From the human T2T-CHM13v2.0 reference genome, Homo sapiens: a stretch of 64,000 nucleotides of DNA. The stretch lies in NCBI RefSeq assembly GCF_009914755.1, contig NC_060928.1; one strand, written 5' to 3'. The translations under genes were made by a program, and so were the position numbers. Positions 28,051-42,514 of this stretch are shown here, piece by piece (the stretch's first letter is position 1; every line of letters begins with the position of its first letter). Under the pieces are notes generated by a model. It saw nothing but the letters and a program-made list of their open reading frames with translations. It was not told the DNA's origin and ran no database searches.

Positions 28051-28857
28051 CCTAAGATATTGTTATAAGAATTCCTACTGGTCTCGTTATCTCCGGACTC
28101 TTCTAAAGTTAATCCTCACATCAAGCTGTCTGTTGGATCTTTTTGAAACATCAATATTCATGAAAGTCATGCTCAAATCCCTCAAAGCCTCATGCTTACT
28201 CACACACTAACACATAATTCTGAGCCTAGTAAAAGCCCTACCTGTGCCCATATAAATTGATAGGGACTTTGTTTCCTGGGTATATATGGCCTTGAACTTC
28301 CCAGTTCAACTTGTGATATCCATCTTTGTGCTGTAGAAATATTGATAATGGTAATTATAAGCCCATCTGAAATAATACCTACTCTTGGAATCTTTCGCCA
28401 ATACGTCCAGCCATATGCAAACCTGCATACTTTCCTCAGAAGATTTTCCTTTTGCTGTAGCCATTTATCATCCACTCTCAGTACATTGCAAGATTATTGA
28501 AGAATAAAACTTTGCCCTACTTCATCTGCTGTTAGTTCTGATTTGGTTCCTTGCATTTGTTTATTTATTTAACAGACATCTGTTTTATAACATACATCCT
28601 CAGCACTATGCTAATAAAGAAGGATGCAAAGAAAACATAGTTGCCACCCTCAAAGAGTTTACTTAAGACTTTTAAAAGCAAACAATGTAGTATAATGCCA
28701 TTAGTGTAAAGGTATACCCAAAAGGAAGCTAAGACTTCTACTTAAGTCAGACTGGAAGATAAGGAAAGGAGCCTCAGTGCAGTTGGCAACTCAGTGGTCC
28801 TGGATAGGAGCTAGCCCAACTGCAACATGATTGAGGAACATTTTAAGCAAAGAGAAA

Positions 28858-29152
<295 letters not shown>

Positions 29153-30116
29153 GGGAATGGAGATAGGATTTGTTAACTAAATATAAGGATCCATTAACTA
29201 TGAGAATTTTTTAAAACATGTAGATTATAAAAAAGAAACTCAAATAGTTCACCATTTCTCACAGAACCATTAGAAGTTCTATGAGGCCATGTGTGTTCTG
29301 CTTCATTTTGCATCTCATCTGTTATCATGCTTCCCCAGTCTAATTTTCTTCCAGCAAGTCAGTCCTTTGAGCTGCTCTCACTGTGCTTTATCTGGCCTGA
29401 CAGGCTTTACACTTGCAATGCCCCACCTGGAACTCTCCCTTTTCTACCTTATAAACCAGTTAACTCAATGCTCATACTTCAATCTCCTCAAGTTTCCCTT
29501 CCTCTGAAAAGTCTTTCCTGATTTCCCTGATTAAGCTAAACATTCCATTAAATGTGTTCCTGGAATTAAATACCTCTCTTTATAAGCTCTTAATATAGCC
29601 GGATTTTCATGGTTTTGGTTTTTATTTTGTTTGTTTTTTGATTGTTTAATATCTCTCTTATCACCTAGAGCAAAATCTCCAGGAATGCATGAAGTGTTAC
29701 CACTGTATCCTCGGTGCAGAAAACAATTGTTCTCTGCATGTCATAGAACACATAAAAAACTGTATAATGTTTACTTAATAGAATAATTAATTACCTGTAA
29801 TTAATAAATATAGGAGGACAAAGTGAAAAATATTTTAAGATTTATGACTTGGCACTGAGCACATGGTTGTATGTTTATTATGTAGGAAACACAACAGCCT
29901 AGGGCAATATGAGGGATACGATTACTTTTGTTTTTTGACATGGCATTTTTTTACATGCAAGATGAATTAGAATGTTAGTCTGGAGGTTGGAAGACAAAGT
30001 CTGAGTTAGCAATAGGCATTTTGAATCTCTCATTGTAGTTAGCAAGATAACCCAAGCAGAATATATCTAATTAAATAGGAAGTTTAAGAAGGGCACCCTG
30101 AGAAATAACTGTGTAA

Positions 30117-30458
<342 letters not shown>

Positions 30459-31454
30459 TGATGGCACAGAGTAGTGGAAAGAAAACCAAGAAAGAGTATT
30501 TAGAAACCAGTAGGGGAACAAGTTTTGAAAAGGAGGAAACTTTACTGATGGACACTGGAGTGCTTCAAATCTAACCAAACTCACTGATGAGTTACATATT
30601 TCAAAGAACATATAGATGGAGAAAAACAAGGTTGCATTCATGAGAAGTCCATATTTCTTCCATGTCTTTAAGACTCTAGAACTTTTCCTCCAGGGAAAGT
30701 TCCTTCAGTGTAGGAATGGGAGTGTCATACAGATTTGAGAGTTGGCTAAGACACAGTGAATTTGGACTAGGAAGATCCAAGCTTTTTACCTTCTACCTGT
30801 GTGACTCAGACTATTTCTATTTTTCTGGTTCTTCATCTGTACATTGGAGATAATAATACATATTTTCCAGAGTTACTTGGTTAAGGAAAATATAAATAAA
30901 GAGATTTATTTCATTTTTTCTCTATATTATATTTTTGTAGAAGCAGTCTATTTTAATGCTAGTTTGAAGATTACAAAAGGTAAAAATATTGGCCTAACTT
31001 TTTCCTTACAATAACTTCCTGAAAACTATTCAAAGTACTTTTTAACAGAAAATGCAACAGTAGTGCATTCCACAAAAATTGCAGAGCCTTAGCAAAATCT
31101 ATGTGGCAAAGTAAGAGAACTCAGAAAATTGTTTTATAAATCTCTCCACCTGCAATAATACAAACAAATATTATAAACAGAATCCACGTTCAAATTAAAC
31201 TCTAGATATTTAATTACCCATAGACATCCTATAATGGGTGAACAATTGTCATCATGTAGCCCTATGTAAGTCACTCTTAATATTGTTCATAAACAGGTTG
31301 GCAATATAAAATAAAATAAGACCCAAATTCAAGAGTGGATGATAATTCTATTAGCATTAAAGTATTTCTACGGTAAGGTGTTTTATCCACTTCAGAATCA
31401 TCCGAAACACAATGTGCTCTTAATGAATAAATAATTTCTAGAAAGTTTAAAAGT

Positions 31455-31957
31455 CTCTCTTTCGCTCAGGCCCTTGGCACTGGCAGGATGGGCAAGTGTC
31501 GTGTACTTCGTAATGCTAGGAAGCTCCATAGTCACCGAAAAGACCAGAAGTGGCGTGATAAACACCAAGAAAGCCCATTTAGGCACAGCCCCGAAGGCCA
31601 ACCCTTTTGGAGGTGCTTCTCCTGCAAAAGGAATGATGCTGGAAAAAGTAGGAGTTGAAGCCAAACAGCCAAATTCTACCACTAGGAAGAGTGTCAGGGT
31701 CCAGTGCATCAAGAATGGTAAGAAAATCAGAGCCTTTGTACCCAATGATGGTGAGGAAAACGATGAAGCTCCGGTTGCTGGATTTGGTCAAAAAAGTCAT
31801 GCTGTTGGTGACATTCCTGGAGTCTGCTTTAAGGTTGTCAAAGTAGCCAATGTCTCTCTTTTGGCCCTATACAAAGGCAAGAAGGAAAGACCAAGATCAT
31901 AAATTTTAATGGTGAAAACACCATAGTGATAAATTTTCATTTGAAAAAAAAAAAAAA
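31455..31957 (+). pseudogene. RPS23 (parent): Full-length processed pseudogene of ribosomal protein S23 (uS12)
   Basis: 5' pyrimidine tract ctctttc; ATG 31488 [13 protein letters not shown]; frameshift near 31563-31570; then [39 protein letters not shown] (31902); in-frame loss of CLNFI; intronless; poly(A) 31944-31957. Confidence 0.96.
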
Positions 31958-33286
31958 GGATAAAAAAATGGTTCTGCTCCAAATAAGTTTTTTGTCAACA
32001 CAGCATTTAGGGAGTCAGTTCTTACTCAGTTGGTATGATGTGCTATCCAAGGACTAATTTAAAGAGCTTAATCAAATGGTCATTGTCGAAATGATATGGA
32101 ATATGAGATAAATATGTTATCAGAAGATCTATCTTGTCTTTTTCTTAAAACTAAATTTTCCATTAGAATGTTATATGTTCCCATATTTTATTTTATTCTA
32201 GTATTTAGTTAGTTGCATACATAACATTATCTGAAATCCTTTCTTTATATATGGTATATAATAATTATTTACAAACATATGTTAAACTGGTTAAGGTCAG
32301 GTATAAAAATTTGTCAAAAGCTTGAAATTGTTCTTTTCACACTGTATTTCTATCACAATAAGTGAAATGATAAGGTTTTTTAATTAAACATTAAATTATC
32401 TAGAAAAAAGGTATATTAAAAATATTTAAAGTGTCTTAAATTTTAGTTCCAAGCTTTGATAAAATTCAAGTAATTCCTAAATACCTTTTTGCTATTCTAA
32501 TTCAAGGCCCAATGTTATACCTACTAATAAAAATATAAATTTGAGTTTATAGTAATTTTAATATGTATTTATATATCAAATAAAGATACAAGTGTTATTT
32601 TAATCGAGATATTATTTTATTCAAGTTATATCTTTAATCTCTATAAACTCTATAGGAGAAAATACAAAAAAAATTTTTCACCAATATCAGAAACAGTTTA
32701 TAAAAGATAATTTACTTTTTGAAGGTAGTAAACCTGGGGTATCTTTTCATGAAATAACAGAGTGACGATTTCTCTATGTAATATGATTAATATTATTAGC
32801 CAAAATAGATGAGTCAGAACTTTATCCTATTGTCACTGTTTTATTGTTCACACTAACTAGAATATTCATTTCTATCTTATCAGTGGATCATTTGCAAGAA
32901 ATGAAAATACTTTAAAGAAGTCTATATAATTTAATATATTTACTTGATATTTTTTACCTATTAAATATGTGTAAAAGGAAATGTACTAAGATCATAAAAT
33001 TAAGGAAAGATAAGAATGGAATTATTAAAAATGCTTATAGTCATTTTGATTTCAGAGCATGTGGCTAAAATAATCTAAATTTCAGTGTTTTGAGGAATCA
33101 TACATTGATTAAGCTTTTGGAAGGTTTACCTTAGGGGAGTTTAATGGAAAGACACAATGGGGAAAGAGTCATGTTTAAAATCAAACATTCCTTTGACTAG
33201 AGGGTGAATGTTGTCAAAAGTAATGAAAGCTGGCCAGATTTTATGTATGAGGCAGTTTTCATCCACACAAACCAAAAAGAAGAGGC

Positions 33287-33386
33287 AAATATATATATAT
33301 ATATAATATATATATATCACATAGATGATATATATGTGATATATATATGATATTCAATTCAATATATTCTATATATATGATATTCA
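33287..33386. repeat. (TA)n low-complexity tract
   Basis: Degenerate TA dinucleotides with repeated tatatatatgatattcaa. Confidence 0.85.
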
Positions 33387-34393
33387 AAATTACTTTATTT
33401 GGATTTGAAATTAAGGTCACTTTAGTGTTCCATGCTGCAAGTGCTAAATAACTGCATAGCAACAGAATAGTCTTTGGAATTTTTCAATATTTCCAATACA
33501 GACATTAGCAAAATATCAGATGTCATCATCTTTAAACAAGACATGAAATAAACAAGTTAAGGACCTTCAACATGATGGCTAATAGCTATATGTGAGTTCT
33601 AAACCAAACAAACAGGTTCCTAAGGATCCTAAAGAGACTTACGTCACAGTCTGACAAATTATTGTTATATTGAAAAACATTAAGAACACATTCTCTCCAA
33701 AATAAAGTTTCCATTTAGGCACAATCAGCAGGGCTTAATTAGAAAACATGAATAATTGAACATGCTGCTGATGTCTTTGAGCAACAAACCTAAGAGTCAC
33801 GTAGAAGCAAATTTTTATTAGACAAAAGGGCATGTTGTACTGAATCATTCTCCAATGTTTTCCTGTATCTGATGGCAACATTTTCAGTGATAATTCAAAT
33901 GAATACCCTCCGAGCAAATACTATAAATATGTCTTCAGTTAAAATAGGAAAAAAAATCAAATAAATAAAACAAACAAAAACTCTTGCAATCTCTACACAA
34001 AGCCATGTTTCTAGAAATATAATAGAGAAAGAGGGAGAGGGAAAAGGTATAGATTAGAAATACCTTAGTATATTGCAGTCTTCATAGAATTAATCAGTCT
34101 GGCAATGGTATTAAAAGCCAAGCTTACAAATACTCTCTACTGAAGCACAGTTTGAATTTATGTACCGGTTTCTCACTGTATGTAAGTCCCTCCCTAGTCG
34201 TGTGCTAAGAGAGCATATGCTAAATGCTTACCTAAAATCCTCAGTGGCTATTCCAGGTTCAGTGTGTTTACTTGAGGTTATTAAAAATATATCTGTTAGT
34301 AAGCAGTGTTTAAATTACCTAAAACAGTTTGGGCACACATAAACAAAATCCAAATAGCTAAAAACAAAATAAAATTAAACACAAAAGCAAAAG

Positions 34394-35272
34394 TGTTGAA
34401 ATAAAAAGCCAACTCTGTAAAATACTTAAAGAGGTTTATTCTGAGCCAAATATGAGTACTCATGGCCTGGGGTACAGTCTCAAGAGGTCCTGAGAACATG
34501 TGCCCAAGGTGGCCAGGCTAAAACTTGGTTTTGTATATTTTTAGGGAGACAGAAGTTGTAGGCAAAGGTATAAAACATATAAGGTATTCATTGGTTTGGC
34601 TTGGAAAGGTGAAGCATCTTGAAGCAGAGAGGTGGTAGAGGGAGTGCTTACAGGTCTTAGGTGGATTTCAGAGATTTTCTGATTGTCTTGAAAGAGTTAA
34701 GCTTTGCCTAAAGTTGAAGTCACCAGAAAGAAATGCTTGAGTTAACGGGAGTTGTCGAAGCCAAGTTTCTTGTTATGTAGATGAAGCCTCTAAGTAGTAG
34801 CCTTCAGAGACAGTAGATGGTAAATGTCTCTTTTCAGACCTTAAAACCTGTCAGATTTTTAAGGTCTGAATCCAGAAAAGACTTAAAAAGGGAAGGAGAT
34901 TCTCCACAGAATGCAAATTGCCCCAACAAGAGACATCTTGTCAGGCCCCTTTTAAAATATGTCAATTAAATACATTTTGGGGTAAAATGCCTTGACTTCC
35001 TTCAGGGTCATGTGATACTATACCAGTGTCAGGTTGGAATTTGGTACTTCATTGCTATAGAGTCTGTTTTGTCAGTTTTATGTTCTCTATTTTAATGTTA
35101 ATCCTGGTCAGTTGTGCAGAAACCCCAAAGGGCGGGGGCTTAATGAGGCTTGTCTGACTCCCATTTCCTGCTATGGCCTGAACTAGTTTTTCAGTTTTTG
35201 GGGGATCCCCTTTGGCAAGAGAAAGGAGTCCCTTCAGTCAGTTGGGGGATTATCATTTTATTTTTGGTTTAT
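34394..35272 (-). mobile_element. MER4-family (ERV1) solo LTR
   Basis: ggtttattctgagccaaatatgagt...gagaacatgtgcccaaggtgg; ends tttatttttggtttat (reverse of MER4 start). Confidence 0.85.
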
Positions 35273-35656
35273 CTAGTTACTGATTTTCCTGGAGCCATGC
35301 CCAACACTATTTCTATGTCTTTCGTTTTTGTTATCTTTGGTATTATGGTCCATGTATCATTTTCTTGGATTCCCTGTTTGTTCAGGATAACTAACCAAAG
35401 GGGTCTCACCTCTTTCTGTTTTATTATTTTATCTACTGTAAAGAGGAATTGCAACATTGTCTGTAAAAGCTGCAGCTCCTGCTCCTGCTCTTGCTGACTT
35501 TGCAAAGTCTTCCTTGCCCTCTATATAACCTTCCATTATATTGCTCTCTGCTTTTCTCAATTTGCTTCTCTGTCCATATATTGCGCTATGCCTCAGGACT
35601 TCCAGACCTGAAGGAGACATCAGAGTACACCTTAAAAACCCTGAACTAAGTGAGAT

Positions 35657-36348
35657 TGTGACCGCCCAATGGGTTCACCTTGCCCACTGCCTAGACAAAG
35701 CTGATTTATCAAGACAGGGGAATTGCAATAGAGAAAGAGTAAATCACTCAGAGCCGGTTGTGCAGGAGACCAGAGTTTTATTATTACTCAAATCAGTCTC
35801 CCTGAGCATTCGGGGATCAGAGTTTTTAGGGACAACTTGGTGGGTAGGGGGATGCCAGTGAGCCAAAAGTGCTGATTGGTTAGGTAGGAGATGAAATCAT
35901 GGGAAGTTGAAGCTGTCCTCTTGTGTTGAGTCAGTTCCTAAGTGGGGGCTGCAAGATCAGATGATCTAGTTTATCCATCTAGATGGTTCCAGCTGATCCA
36001 TCAAGTGCAGAGTCTGCAAAATATCTCAAGCACTGATCTTAGGAGCAGTTTAGAGAGGGCCAGATTCTTGTAGCCTCCATATGCATGACTCCTAAACCGT
36101 AATTTCTAAACTTGTGGCTATTTTGTTAGTCCTACAAAGGCAGTCTGCCCTCCAGGTAAGAAGGAGGTTTGTTCTGGGAAAGGGCTGTTATCAGCTTTGT
36201 TTTAAACTATAAACTAAGTTCCTCCCAAAGTTAGTTCAGCCTACGCCCAGGAAGGAACAAGGACAGCTTAAAGATTAGAACCAAGATGGAGTCAGTAAGG
36301 TTAGATCTCTTTCACTGTCTCAGTCATAATTTTGCAAAGGCAGTTTCA
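35657..36348 (-). mobile_element. LTR8-family solo LTR
   Basis: TGTGACCGCCCAATGGGTTCACC...TTTGCAAAGGCAGTTTCA; perfect TSD AGAT. Confidence 0.92.
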
Positions 36349-36761
36349 AGATCACTGAGCAGTTTTTTCTTACTGGCAATGGCAGCCATGACCTGTGCCC
36401 ATTGCAGTGATACCAATACATGCTGACTAATTCCTCCATGTTTGCTTTCTTGGGTCTTCCAGTCCTTCCACTTGCTTCTCTCAGCTCTCTCAAAACAGAC
36501 AACTCAATGTTTCCATTTGAAATAACTTTCCAGGAGCTTCTGTTTAGAAGACAGTTCCTCAGTTAAGCCTCAGAGGTCTACTCTGTTTCTCTACAACATA
36601 GTCTCCAAATTCCAGGATTCCAGCAGACGCATTTCCACAGAGTTACTGCCCAGAAAGACCTTGAGACATATTTTAATTGTCATCCAGGATATTCAAACCA
36701 CACACAATAAATTCCTCACCCAACTCCCATTTACTTGTCGCTGTCCTTAAACATTTTATGA

Positions 36762-37085
<324 letters not shown>

Positions 37086-37345
37086 TAAAATTTTTAAAGG
37101 GATGACCCAAAATACCTCAATTTGAAGAGGCAGTATAGTGCAATAGTTCAAAATTCATATTCTGTGACCAGACTGCCCGAGATTCTAGTCTTAAGGCCAC
37201 TGCCTCCCTACCGAAAGGACCTTCAGTGTTTCATTTTATCTCTCTGTGCCTCCATGTTTTCACCTGTAAATGGGGTAATATTTATCTTGAGCTTTTTGGA
37301 AATAAATGTGCTAATTATGTAGAGTGCTTAGAAAAATGTTGCCAT

Positions 37346-38012
37346 TAAAACTGCCTTTGCAAATATTGTAACTGAGGCAATTATTACAGTGAAAGAGATC
37401 TGACCTAACTGACTCCATCTTGCTTCTAACCTCCAAGCTGCCCTTGTTCATTCCTGAGCGTAGGCTGAAGTAATTTTGGGAGGAACTTAGTTTATGGTTT
37501 AGCTTTTAAAACAAAGACGTTAACACCCCTTTCCCAAAACAAACCCCATTCCTGCCTAGGGTCTAGATTGCCTTTGCAGGAGTAACAAATGAGTCACGAG
37601 ATCAGAAATTATGGTTGAGGAGTCATGCAGCTGGAGGGTGCAAGATTCTATACCTCCCCAAATTGCTCCTGGGGATACCATCACTATTTTAAAACATAAG
37701 ATGAGATCCTGAGATATTTTGCAGACCCTGCACTTGATGGATTAACTGGCTCATCTGACCTTGTGGACCCCACCAAAAAACTGACTTAGTGCGAGGACAA
37801 CTTCGACTCCCTGTGATTTCATCTCTGACCTGACCAATCAAAACTCCCAATTCACTGGCCTTCCCCCTACCAACAAAATTATCCTTAAAAACTCCGATCC
37901 CCAAATGCTCAGAGAGACTGATTTGAGTAGTAATAAAACTCCGGTCTCCCACACAGCCTGTTCTGCATAAATTACTCTTTCTCAATTGCAATTCCCCCAT
38001 CTTAATAAATCA
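37346..38012 (+). mobile_element. LTR8-family LTR lacking its 3' terminus, inserted in a MIR
   Basis: aaactgcctttgcaaa...aattcccccatcttaataaatcag is the reverse-complement homologue of 35657-36348; MIR-like sequence on both sides. Confidence 0.88.
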
Positions 38013-38075
38013 GTAATAAGCAACATATCAATTGTTAGCTATCAATGTTATTATTATTACTATTATTACTAGTAT

Positions 38076-38656
38076 TGTAACTAAACATAGGCTCAACTGC
38101 TTGCTGCTTGCAAAGCCAATAACAGGGATGAGTTAGTGAAAGGAAATTGACTTTATTCCAGAGCTAGCAGTGAGGAAATGGTCAAGGCTAGTACCTTAAG
38201 GAAACCATTTCAAACTTTAGGCTGGGACAAGGGGCTTACAAAGGGAACTTGGAATGGGAGGCATGTGGAAATAGTCCTGAATACAAGGTCTGTGTCTTCT
38301 GTTCTGGTGGCTTTCTTGAGTTGTGCTCCACCTGGAGTGCAGGCTGGCATTATCTCAACCATGGCCAGGTTGTTAACTAACCACTTTGAGGTAATCTCTG
38401 GAATTTTGCAGTTGGGTCTCCCTGCCTGGTCTGTCTCATGATTAGCCCCTGGAACTTCTAAGTAAGCACATAGTTAAGTGTGCATGGTGTAAGTTTAACA
38501 AGCATACAGTTACATAAATGTGCATGGTGTAAGGGGGTTGTATGATGGAAAAAGGAGGAAATAAAGGGTTTTCAGGTACTTTTCAAGGCTACATTCTCAG
38601 ATTAAGAAGGGAAAAAAGCTCTAAAATGCATTTCTAGGCTGGTATACACAGTTACA
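38076..38656 (-). mobile_element. ERV1-class solo LTR, subfamily not resolved
   Basis: Termini TGTAACT...AGTTACA; perfect TSD GTAT; reverse poly(A) signal tttatt near 38152. Confidence 0.8.
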
Positions 38657-40285
38657 GTATTAGTGAGAGAAAGCCAGATGTTTATCTTTTATTTTCTACT
38701 AATTCAATGAACAATTTTACAAAATTATAAACTTTTTGCAGCTTATTTTACTTTTAAGGAAAGAATTGCCAGTTAATATACAAGACCTTTCCTAACACTA
38801 AAAATATGAATTTCAAACTGAAGCAAAGCTGTTCTTAAAATATTTAAAATGAAGTGTATTTAAGACTACTTTATTTTTACATTACATATTATTATAAGAC
38901 AACCTCTTAGATACTATAGAATAATACATTAAAATTTTTATTACCTATATATTTTATAATGTGATTTCATTTTAAAACAAAATTATGTTAATAGGTTTTT
39001 CCCACATTATTTTTTTCTGACATTATAATTGATATATGCATTTTTTTACCTTGAATCACTATTTACAATTATTCCTAGAAAGAAAAAAATGTCAAAATGT
39101 GTCGTTTCTTTCTCTATAATGATATTCTGTGTGAATAGATGCATCTGAGATTTTTTCTCATTTCAATTCATTTCACATGTAATATTACATAGCCTGGAGT
39201 ATAAACAAAAACTAAAAATAAAAACACATATTTCTTAGCTTGTAACAGCTATGATACACTTCCTGTAAAGAAGAAATAACCTAACCAAAATAGCAGTTTC
39301 AGAAAACACCTCTTCAAAGAGAAATTGTTTAGAAAAGGTATGATCTTAAAAGAAGAGCTGAGATGTTAAATAGTTAAGTTTTTACCTAAAAAATCAAACA
39401 CCTATAAAACATCAATATTTCTAATAATCATTAATCTTTGGCTTACAAGTACCTGGGGCGGGAAGCTTGTTACTTAACAAGGCATCACATTCCTTTGCAT
39501 TTCTGAAACACTCAAATTGAGTCACAAGTCGCCTCCATGTCATTTCCCTTCAGAAGTCCCGCCTCTACCCTCTATTTTGTAAGAAATAAATGCACTATCT
39601 TAAGATATTTCTTATGACATGATTCTTAGCTTTTAACTATCCTAATTGTTCTTCCCTAGTCATTCGTCTTTGACAGTTTTCCTCTGAAAATCTCAGGCAA
39701 TTTCACAGTCATTTCTTGTTTCCTTTCTAACATGAAATACACAAATGTAAACTTAATGAAGCACACAGTTGAAAATCAGAGGACTGCATTTTTTTTTCCT
39801 TTTGTACAACAACTTTTATTCTGCTTCTTCAACAAACATCTTAGAACATAGTAGCAACAAAAACATACATTTAGTCCAAAAATTAGAATGACCTATTTCA
39901 GGTCAATTAAATTTAAATGGCTGCCATCAATCCCTTTGCTTTGCATTTTATCATCAAGCATTATGTTACTGATTTTAATGTCCAGTTAGCTACTTATCTA
40001 TTTTTATTTGTTGCCAAAATTAATTTCTTGGGTTTCTATTATGCGGTAAATCTATTCTATAAAGAGCTGAGAAAGTGTTATGCCTTAATTGTAAAATTAG
40101 GAGATAAAAAATCAACTTGTTTAAACATATTGCCAAACTCACCAATAAGTATGAAACATGAAATAAAGTTCTGTCATCCAATTTGTGAGAAATCAAACAC
40201 ATATATTCTCAAAGATAATTAGAAACCAACTTCTCTCCACAGTTTACCTCTGAATGAATAGGCACATACCTGGTGTTTTTATTAA

Positions 40286-40551
40286 TTCCACCCCCAACCC
40301 CCACATATAGATGAAAATTCTACCATGCTGCCCCAGCTGTAAAGGAGTCACCTGCAATCCTGAGTGAGACATTCTTTGTGATGACTTCTTCCAAATATTG
40401 TAGTTATACAATTGTAGTTATACAATCTACAGGAATAGATATTTGGAAGAAGTCATCACAAAGAATGTCTCACTCAGGATTGCAGGTGACTCCTTTACAG
40501 CTGGGTCAGCATGGTAGAATTTTCATCTATATGTCGGGGTTGGGGGTGGAA
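40286..40551. repeat. Long near-perfect inverted repeat: 113-bp arms, 40-bp spacer
   Basis: 40286-40398 is the reverse complement of 40439-40551 with 2 mismatches by hand alignment. Confidence 0.97.
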
Positions 40552-41361
40552 ATTGAAGAATGATGATAAATAAGAATAAAAGAAAAATGGAAACATACTT
40601 TTCTGGAATTTAAAATAACTCATGATCTAGCCAAGTTTGTTTTTACAAATATTAAATGAAATTCCAAAAATCTATAAATACAAAATTGCTGTTAGCAATA
40701 CAGCCGGTAGGAAGGTGAGGAAACAGGGCATGCTCTGTTTGAATAAAGTTAATATAAGTGAATAATAAATTATGGGAAGAGAAATAGGCACTCTAGTAAC
40801 TTTGCTTCTTGAAGAACATGTTTTATGCATTTATGAAAATTCTCCCATAAATTAAGTAATGCATTAAAGAATGCAAGAAAAGGTAAACATTTTATTCAAA
40901 CCAGTTGTGTTTCATTTCCCAGTTTTATTATATACCATGGAAAAGTGATTTTAAATTCCTAACTAAACCCTGACTTGCATCAGAAAATAATCTTCAATTC
41001 CACTTTTAAATTTACTTTTAAAAAGGAAAATGTGTATTTTACTGAAATCTTGTATTAATAAGATAACTTTGCTTTTTATATAACACTTTGGCCAGAAATC
41101 CTGAGTTTTACTCTATGTACTTGCTTACGTTTATCTGATGCATCTTAACAATAAATCTGTGACAATTTAGGCAATGCTGGTAAAGAATATCTTTAGTTAA
41201 ACCAAACCAAAGCTGTGCTAAAGGTTGTAACATCATGTGCTGGCAGTTCCAAGTGAATTAGGCAAACTCTAATTTTACTAATTCAAAGATTATTAGGTAT
41301 GTACTTGAGGTAACTGTCACATGCAACTTGAAGATAATCCCAAGATTTAGTCTGGGACTTT

Positions 41362-41914
41362 TGTTACTGGAAAGGTGTCCCCATCCAGACCCTAAAAGAA
41401 GGTTCTTGGATCTTTCCCAAGAAAGAATTCAAGGCAGGTCCATAGAATAAAGTGAAGGCAAGTTTGTTAGAAAAGTAAAGCAATAAAAGAATCGCTACCC
41501 CATGGACAGAGCAGCCCCATGGGCTGCTGATTGCCCATTTTTATGGTTATTTCTTGATTACACGCTAAACAAGGGGTGGATTATTCATGCCTCCCTTTTT
41601 AGATCATATAGGGTAACTTCCTAACATTGCCATGGCATTTGTAAACTGTCAGGTGCTGGTGGGAGTGTAGCAGTGAGGATGACCAGAGGTCACTCTCATC
41701 ACCATCTTTGTTTTGCTGGGTTTTGGCCGGCTTCTTCCCATGCAACATGTTTTATCAGCAAGGTCTTTATTACCTGTATCTTGTGCTGACCTCCTATCTC
41801 ATCCTGTAACTTAGAATGTCTTAACCTCCTGGCAATGCAGCCCAGCAGGTCTTAGCCTCATTTTACCCAGCCCCTATTCAAGATGGAGTTGCTCTGGTTC
41901 AAACAGATCTGACA
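41362..41914 (-). mobile_element. MER41A solo LTR
   Basis: TGTTACTGGAAAGG...GGTTCAAACAGATCTGACA; perfect TSD CTTT; colinear with MER41A consensus as recalled. Confidence 0.92.
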
Positions 41915-42058
41915 CTTTCATGAGACCTGGGAGAGAAACTGATTCTAGTTAATGTCTGAACACTTAGAAAGGGATACATAATTTAACTGCACAGCTTAGA
42001 ATTAGAGTCTGAAGCTCTTATTCTTACTCAAGGAAGGCACAAATGACTCAACAAATAA

Positions 42059-42514
<456 letters not shown>

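Noticed and set aside
40378-40563. 61-aa ORF across the palindrome
   Set aside because: Short, no homology evident, a by-product of the inverted repeat
41362-41914. Interferon-inducible STAT1 enhancer
   Set aside because: The element matches MER41A, which lacks the tandem GAS motifs of MER41B; I saw no tandem TTCnnnGAA pair
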